The position numbers were made by a program, and so were the translations under genes. The notes below the pieces were generated by a model. The model searched no databases and had not been told where the DNA came from. It saw only the letters and a list, made by a program, of their open reading frames with translations. From NCBI GenBank assembly GCA_016839945.1, contig JAEOTE010000090.1, forward strand, positions 32,001 to 96,000: a stretch of DNA of 64,000 nucleotides. The letters are read 5' to 3'. The DNA comes from Candidatus Heimdallarchaeota archaeon. GTDB lineage: Archaea > Asgardarchaeota > Heimdallarchaeia > Heimdallarchaeales > Heimdallarchaeaceae. Positions 58,296-64,000 of this stretch are shown in pieces; position 1 is the stretch's first letter; the number at the start of each line of letters is the position of its first letter.

Positions 58296-58364
58296 TATGT
58301 CACCAATTTATTTTATGTGATAACTACTTTTATACATATTGTTTTATATTTTTCGAAGAAACAA

Positions 58365-60158
58365 TTATTTGCTACTTCTCTTTGCGGTTTCAATAACTTC
58401 TTTTGCAATTTTTTCATTAACCGAAATAAGTTTCATTATTTCTTCTATATTTGCAGAAGCAATGTTTTTTATGTGTTGATACTCTTGGAAAAGGAGAAAA
58501 ACCTTTGCTTTTCCTATTCCTTTAATTCTTTCAAAGTTAGAACTTTTGACTGTTCTTGCTCTTAGAGTTTTATGATAACTAATTGCAAATCTATGTGCTT
58601 CATCTCTTACATTCTGAACCAATTTTAGTACAAAAGAATCTTGATCGAGGGTTATTGGTAAATCTAACCATTCTACATATATTTCTTCATTTTTCTTAGC
58701 AATGCTTATTGCAGGAATACTAAGGTTCAGCTTTTTCAAAACTTCTAAAGCAATATTCAATTGCCCCTTACCACCATCAATTATTAGGAGATTAGGCAAT
58801 GGATCAGACTTCAGAATATCAGAACTGTATTTTCTTTTTATTACTTCTTCCATCATAGCATAATCATCAGGATCCGTATAAGAACCTCTAATACGAAATC
58901 GTCTGTACAGATCCTTCTTAGGTTGTCCATCAACAAAAGCAACGCAAGAGCCAACTGAAAGTTGACCTTTCAAGGTTGATATATCAAAACCGTGAATTAT
59001 TGTAGGTTCTTCAGATAATTGAAAAAGCTCTTGCATTTCTTTGAGAACTAATTTTGAATCCTTTTCATATTTAATATCTCTTAAAAATTTGAAGAGCTCT
59101 GCCCTTGCATTTTTCTTAGCAATGTCAACTAATTGGTTACTTGTATTATCTTTAGGGAAGACTATTTTTAGATTAATATTAGGATTGAAGCGCTTTGTAA
59201 AATCATCACTAGTTAAAATGCTTTTAATAGATTCAGTTGTCCCATATATGAATACTAGAATCTCACTTAATGTCTTAAAAAGGATTTTTTCACTTTTTGA
59301 TGTTATATAATTCTTAATGTTTTGGACTCTATGATTACGTACTTCCAGCTTGCAAAATGCTAGATTTGGTTCTTCTTCTACAAATGCTAGAACATCAATA
59401 TTCTTTATTTTAGAATGTAAATCCTCTTGCAGATTAAGTATTGTTCTTACAGATTGAGTAAGATCTCTAATAATTGTAGCTCTTTCGAAATCAGCTTCTT
59501 CAGATGCAGACCACATTTCTTTTTCAAGATTATCTAAAAGATCAGCTACATCTCCATTTAAGAACGAGATGACATTTTTCACAGTTTTTGTGTATTCTTC
59601 AGTGGAAATATCGTTTTTACAGGGAGCTAAACACCTATCTAATCTTTCTCTCATGCATCTGATTGAAGATTTCTTTATTCTTAAATTCTCTACGTTTTTT
59701 CCACAATTACAAATTGGAAATAGTCTTAAAACTAATTTGACTGTTTGCCTAAGCATTATGTTACTTGGAAAGGGACCGAAATAGATGTTTTTCTTATTTC
59801 TTGGATCTGTTTCTCTAACAATTAAAAGCTGAGGATATTTTTCTATCAAAGTTATACAAATTAGAAGATTCGATTTATCATCTTTTAGCATGCTATTAAA
59901 TTTTGGTGATAATTGTTTCACAAGTTTTTCTTCTAGAATAATAGCTTCTGATTCGTTTCTTGTTAAAATCCAATCTACCCTAGTAGCTAATTCTTGAAGC
60001 TTTTCTTCTCTTGGTAGTGACACAGCTTGAAAATGTTGTTTTACTCTTTTTTTCAGACTCTTTGCTTTTCCAACGTATATTACAATATCTTCTATGTCTT
60101 TGATTAAATAAACACCAGGATCGTTAGGTAATTCTTCTAAGTCTGAAAAAAGACTCAT
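58365..60158 (-). CDS. uvrC: Excinuclease ABC subunit C
   Basis: PGVY...IYVGKAKSL, GFDIS, DDYAMM, IDGGKGQL, RDEAHRFA, HhH GIG. Confidence 0.95.
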   Translation of the reverse strand: MSLFSDLEELPNDPGVYLIKDIEDIVIYVGKAKSLKKRVKQHFQAVSLPREEKLQELATRVDWILTRNESEAIILEEKLVKQLSPKFNSMLKDDKSNLLICITLIEKYPQLLIVRETDPRNKKNIYFGPFPSNIMLRQTVKLVLRLFPICNCGKNVENLRIKKSSIRCMRERLDRCLAPCKNDISTEEYTKTVKNVISFLNGDVADLLDNLEKEMWSASEEADFERATIIRDLTQSVRTILNLQEDLHSKIKNIDVLAFVEEEPNLAFCKLEVRNHRVQNIKNYITSKSEKILFKTLSEILVFIYGTTESIKSILTSDDFTKRFNPNINLKIVFPKDNTSNQLVDIAKKNARAELFKFLRDIKYEKDSKLVLKEMQELFQLSEEPTIIHGFDISTLKGQLSVGSCVAFVDGQPKKDLYRRFRIRGSYTDPDDYAMMEEVIKRKYSSDILKSDPLPNLLIIDGGKGQLNIALEVLKKLNLSIPAISIAKKNEEIYVEWLDLPITLDQDSFVLKLVQNVRDEAHRFAISYHKTLRARTVKSSNFERIKGIGKAKVFLLFQEYQHIKNIASANIEEIMKLISVNEKIAKEVIETAKRSSK

Positions 60159-62131
60159 TAATTCGACACCATTCTTTCAAGTTCTTTTATTTTATCTCTA
60201 TATATAGCTGCTTTTTCGAAATCAAGTTTTCCAGCAGCTTCAGCCATTTTTGTTTTGAGATCTTCAATTACATATAGAATGTCATCACTTGTTAAATCCT
60301 CTGGGATCTCTATTTTTTCCTCCTCTTTTGGTGTTACTTGCATTAATGTTTCAACAATCGATTTAACTTCTTTACTAATCGTTTTGGGTGTAATTCCATG
60401 TTTTTCATTATGTTCTTTTTGAATTTGTCTTCTTCTATTGTTCTCACTAATTGCTTGCATCATTGAATTAGTTAGATTATCAGCAAATAGAATAACACTT
60501 CCATGAACATTTCTGCTTGCTCTTCCCATTAATTGGATAAGTGAAGTTTTAGATCGTAAAAAGCCTTCTTTGTCTGCATCCAGAACTGCTACAAGTGCTA
60601 CTTCAGGTAAATCCAAACCTTCTCGAAGAAGATTAATTCCAACTACTACATCATACTTACCCAACCTAAGATCTCTCAAAATATCAATTCTTTCTAAAGT
60701 ATCCACTTCATGGTGTAAATACACAGATTTAACTTTCATATCAAGAAGATAATCAGATAACATCTCTGCACTTTGTTTAGTTAGAGTTGTTACCAAAACT
60801 CTTTCTCCTTTACTTGTCCTTTGATTTATCTCACTCAGGAGATCCGTGATTTGGTCATCAGTACCTCTTACTTCAATCTTAGGGTCCACTAATCCAGTAG
60901 GTCTAATTATTTGTTCAACAATCTGATTAGAAACATTATACTCATACGGACCAGGAGTTGCGCTTGTGAACATTGTGTTCCTCATATATTTCTCAGTTTC
61001 TTCAAATTTGAATGGACGATTATCAAAAGCGGAAGGAAGTCTAAATCCATAAGTAATCAAATTGTTTTTTCGAGAATAATCTCCTGCATACATTCCTCTT
61101 AACTGAGGTATTGTTAGATGAGATTCATCGATAAACAATAGAAAATCTTCTGGGAAGTGGTCAAGTAAAGAATAAGGTTTCTCTCCCGGCTTTCTTCTAT
61201 CAAAATGACGTGAATAGTTCTCGATTCCAGGACATCCTCCAGTTTCTCGTAGAAGCTCTAAATCGTAGAGCGTTCTTTGTCTTAGCCTATGTTTCTCAAT
61301 TATTTTTTCTTCTTTTTCTAGTTCTGCTAAACGCATATCTAATTCTAATTTTATATCTTCCAAAGCTGTTTCGAAGAATGCATCGTTTGCAAGATATTGA
61401 GTCCCTGGAAAGATTGAAAGGTAATCGTAATCTTTTATTTTCTCCCCAGTTACAGGATGACGAGCTGTTAAACGTTCAATTTCATCCCCAAAGAATTCAA
61501 TACGATAAATATAATCTCCGTACAAAGGAAAGATATCTATTGAATCACCTCTAACTCTGAAGCATTTACGCTCAAGATTAACATCATTTCTTTCGTATTG
61601 GTTTTTTACTAGCTCCATCATTAAATCTTGTCTGTCAAGTGTATCTCCAAGCGCCAATGAAATTCTTCTAGAACGATATATTTCAGGAGGACCAGTACCA
61701 TAAATGCAGGAGACAGTAGCGCAGACAATTACATCATCTCTAGTAGCTAGTGCTTCAAGCGAAGTATGACGTAATCTCTCGATTTCTTCATTAATATCTA
61801 CATCCTTCTCAATATACAAATCTTTGGAAGGCAAATATGCTTCTGGTTGATAGTAATCATAAAAACTAACATAATAATTTACGCTGGCTGAAGGAAACAG
61901 AGTCTTAAATTCACCAAATAGCTGAGCTACAAGAGTTTTATTTGGACCAATTATTAATGTAGGTTTCTTGATAGTATCAATAACTTTAGCCATAGTGTAA
62001 GTTTTTCCACTACCTGTTACACCTAACAATGTTTGAAATTTATTGTTATTCTTCATTCCATCTACTAGCTTTTTTATAGCTTTAGGCTGATCCCCTCTTG
62101 GTTTTAGTGGAGTCTCAATATCTAATGGCAT
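60158..62131 (-). CDS. uvrB: Excinuclease ABC subunit B
   Basis: GDQP, GVTGSGKT, YDYYQPEAY, DESH, GINLLREGLD, C-terminal UVR domain. Confidence 0.97.
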   Translation of the reverse strand: MPLDIETPLKPRGDQPKAIKKLVDGMKNNNKFQTLLGVTGSGKTYTMAKVIDTIKKPTLIIGPNKTLVAQLFGEFKTLFPSASVNYYVSFYDYYQPEAYLPSKDLYIEKDVDINEEIERLRHTSLEALATRDDVIVCATVSCIYGTGPPEIYRSRRISLALGDTLDRQDLMMELVKNQYERNDVNLERKCFRVRGDSIDIFPLYGDYIYRIEFFGDEIERLTARHPVTGEKIKDYDYLSIFPGTQYLANDAFFETALEDIKLELDMRLAELEKEEKIIEKHRLRQRTLYDLELLRETGGCPGIENYSRHFDRRKPGEKPYSLLDHFPEDFLLFIDESHLTIPQLRGMYAGDYSRKNNLITYGFRLPSAFDNRPFKFEETEKYMRNTMFTSATPGPYEYNVSNQIVEQIIRPTGLVDPKIEVRGTDDQITDLLSEINQRTSKGERVLVTTLTKQSAEMLSDYLLDMKVKSVYLHHEVDTLERIDILRDLRLGKYDVVVGINLLREGLDLPEVALVAVLDADKEGFLRSKTSLIQLMGRASRNVHGSVILFADNLTNSMMQAISENNRRRQIQKEHNEKHGITPKTISKEVKSIVETLMQVTPKEEEKIEIPEDLTSDDILYVIEDLKTKMAEAAGKLDFEKAAIYRDKIKELERMVSN

Positions 62132-62217
62132 TCTAATTTCACCTATCTTCTGATAATTAAAAAGTATGTTTATCTTTCAGAAAGATTTCATCTTATAAAT
62201 GCGGACAATCACGTTGC

Positions 62218-62493
62218 TTGAGAAAATGTAATAGCAATGTGATACATGTTTTTAATAATGATGAACGATTTTTGTCGGATATGGAGTTTCTTAATTACTT
62301 TGACATCCCTGATGAAGAACTAAAACACAGAGATGTCATGGATTATGTGGACTCTATCTATAGAAAATTTAATGCTCCTAAGGGAAAAATACACTCTCTC
62401 CAGATTTTGCCACACGAAGAAGAAGGTATAAAGAGAGTTTGTGCAATTTACAAAGTTGAAGAAGAGATTGAATTAGCTAAAATTCATAACTAA
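62218..62493 (+). CDS. Hypothetical small protein
   Basis: Protein-like composition; true start uncertain (may be the GTG at MIHVF). Confidence 0.5.
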   Translation: MRKCNSNVIHVFNNDERFLSDMEFLNYFDIPDEELKHRDVMDYVDSIYRKFNAPKGKIHSLQILPHEEEGIKRVCAIYKVEEEIELAKIHN

Positions 62494-62567
62494 TCAAGAC
62501 GCTTCGCTTTATTTTTACATATTAACACGTTTTTGTCGTTCTTAAATACTTAAATCATTATAGTATA

Positions 62568-62837
62568 ATGGAAAAAATGTTGAATGCAACAAGTTTAGGA
62601 GAGACGCAATTACTTAAAATCAATGTTAAAATTCCACATCAAAAAAGAGCTTTAGTAATGTTGGAAAGTTCTGATATTCAAGTAAGAATGATGGGATATG
62701 CACTCTTAACTACTTGTTTTCATTTATGTTCATCAGAAACTAAAAAATATGTTTATAAAAAGTGGAAACAAGAAGAAGTTGGTAAAAAATTCAAAAAAAC
62801 TTTCATAATTTATTGTGAAAAAATCTTTGCACGATAA
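62568..62837 (+). CDS. Hypothetical small protein
   Basis: 89 aa; one HEAT-like helix pair (SSDIQVRMMGYALL). Confidence 0.5.
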   Translation: MEKMLNATSLGETQLLKINVKIPHQKRALVMLESSDIQVRMMGYALLTTCFHLCSSETKKYVYKKWKQEEVGKKFKKTFIIYCEKIFAR

Positions 62838-62838
62838 T

Positions 62839-63609
62839 TTACAAATTCATATTCTCAGCAATGGGGAAGTATTTTGGGAAAATCAATTTTGCGAAGTTTT
62901 GATACATTTCCACACTATAATCTTTTTGTTCAATTAAATCCTCTAGTTTAACTATTTCAGATTCATTGTATCCTTTCATATTGGGGAATTGGTTAAAATC
63001 ACCATAATCAAGAATCTTGCAGAAGATTTCACCTAATTGATCTAACTCAAGATAAGATTCTATAATTATGTGGATATGGTGAGTAAGTTTTTCTATTTGT
63101 TCTTCAGCTTTTACTGAATTAGAAATTCTAATCACTGACAAAATAGCTGCTCGCCTTGTTATGTAATCTTCTGCATAAACTACGTTTGTGAGAGGGTACA
63201 ATACATCAGCATCATCCAGATATCCTATAGCTCTTATTGCAGCATATTGTAGATCATAACCGCTTTCTTCTAGTACCTTAACAAGATAAGGCTTAGACGA
63301 ATAATCCTTCAATTTTCCTAGAACTTCTAAAGAGGATAATTTGATTGCTAAAGAACTCCTTTCAATTAAATCGTGCAGGTATTCTAACACTTTCTCCTTT
63401 GTTTCAGGAAAATGCTCTATAAGATAAATCAATGTCAAAGATGCTGCATTTCTAACATTCCAATCCGCATCTTCTATTAGAGGAAGAATTTTCTTAACAT
63501 TCCTTGTTTTAGGTTTTTTCTGTAGAAAAAGCGCAAAGTGTGCTCTATCTAATGGTTCATCACTTTTCAGTTTTTTTCCAATAAGCATCCCTTTAAAGAA
63601 ATCCATCAT
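62839..63609 (-). CDS. HEAT-repeat protein
   Basis: DADWNVRNAA, LEVLGKL, LQYAAIRAIG, ITRRAAILSV. Confidence 0.8.
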   Translation of the reverse strand: MMDFFKGMLIGKKLKSDEPLDRAHFALFLQKKPKTRNVKKILPLIEDADWNVRNAASLTLIYLIEHFPETKEKVLEYLHDLIERSSLAIKLSSLEVLGKLKDYSSKPYLVKVLEESGYDLQYAAIRAIGYLDDADVLYPLTNVVYAEDYITRRAAILSVIRISNSVKAEEQIEKLTHHIHIIIESYLELDQLGEIFCKILDYGDFNQFPNMKGYNESEIVKLEDLIEQKDYSVEMYQNFAKLIFPKYFPIAENMNL

Positions 63610-64000
63610 AGCTCATATACCCCCTCTTTAATTAGATATGCTAAAGCTCCCCTCTGGGGTTGTGTAACTTTACGTAAGTATGTGTAATCAATCTTACTTA
63701 CATCGATTTTTTCATCCTTCTCATCGTCTAAATCAAATTTGTATGCGTCCTTCTTCTTTGTAACTTGTACAGCTCTTGTTGCGATTGGTAAATTATAAGG
63801 AGATAAAGGTTGATACTTTGTTTTATGAACTGCAAAGAGTGTTGCTACATGTATGCCACCAAGTTTCTTGAATATCACAACATCAGCAAAAGCAGGCAGA
63901 ATTGTTCGAAAATCATCTCTATAAAGAGACATGTGATTGTGGAGGATAACTAGTTGATCAATCCCAATTCCATAATCATTAACTTCAAAGACATATACTT
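63606..64000 (-). CDS. Hypothetical protein, 5'-truncated by the window edge
   Basis: Frame stays open upstream of the ATG at 63932 to the window end (VYVFEVNDYGIGIDQLVILHNH-MSLY...). Confidence 0.6.
   Translation of the reverse strand, partial: VYVFEVNDYGIGIDQLVILHNHMSLYRDDFRTILPAFADVVIFKKLGGIHVATLFAVHKTKYQPLSPYNLPIATRAVQVTKKKDAYKFDLDDEKDEKIDVSKIDYTYLRKVTQPQRGALAYLIKEGVYEL

Noticed and set aside
805-61554. Numerous 60-150 aa antisense or out-of-frame ORFs in the track (e.g. 15992-16456, 40980-41351, 50005-50367)
   Set aside because: They lie wholly or largely within well-supported genes and have shadow-ORF composition.
1-64000. CRISPR arrays, transposases, rRNA, selenocysteine read-through or programmed frameshifts
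   Set aside because: None seen by eye; the TGA stops I examined coincide with normal gene ends or ATGA/GTGA overlaps. This was not an exhaustive computation.

Overview
AT-rich (about 30% GC by eye, not computed), gene-dense archaeal chromosomal segment, most likely from an Asgard archaeon of the Heimdallarchaeia type. The archaeal markers are egsA, aCPSF1/FttA, TrmI, TrmY, eS26, uS19, Trm112, UPF0179 and an intron-containing tRNA-Arg(TCG). Eukaryote-like membrane proteins include a ribophorin-I-like protein, a presenilin-like GxGD protease, a TRAP-alpha-like candidate and two Yip1 proteins. Bacterial-type genes include mutS/mutL, uvrB/uvrC, bacterial/eukaryotic-type metK, degV and deoC. I saw no CRISPR array, transposase, integrase or rRNA. 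The best candidates for under-described biology are: (1) a surface-glycosylation operon (non-LysA PLP decarboxylase, Fe-S protein, GT2, GT4, ArnD-like deacylase, GT4) converging on an archaeosortase, echoing bacterial exosortase/PEP-CTERM loci, with two plausible sorting-signal substrates elsewhere in the window; (2) a dispersed ER-like membrane-protein biogenesis toolkit; (3) a bactofilin-like gene divergent from an ArsR-type regulator; (4) a G1PDH/DegV/DUF1295 lipid neighbourhood. All family assignments come from motif recognition by eye; no searches were run.
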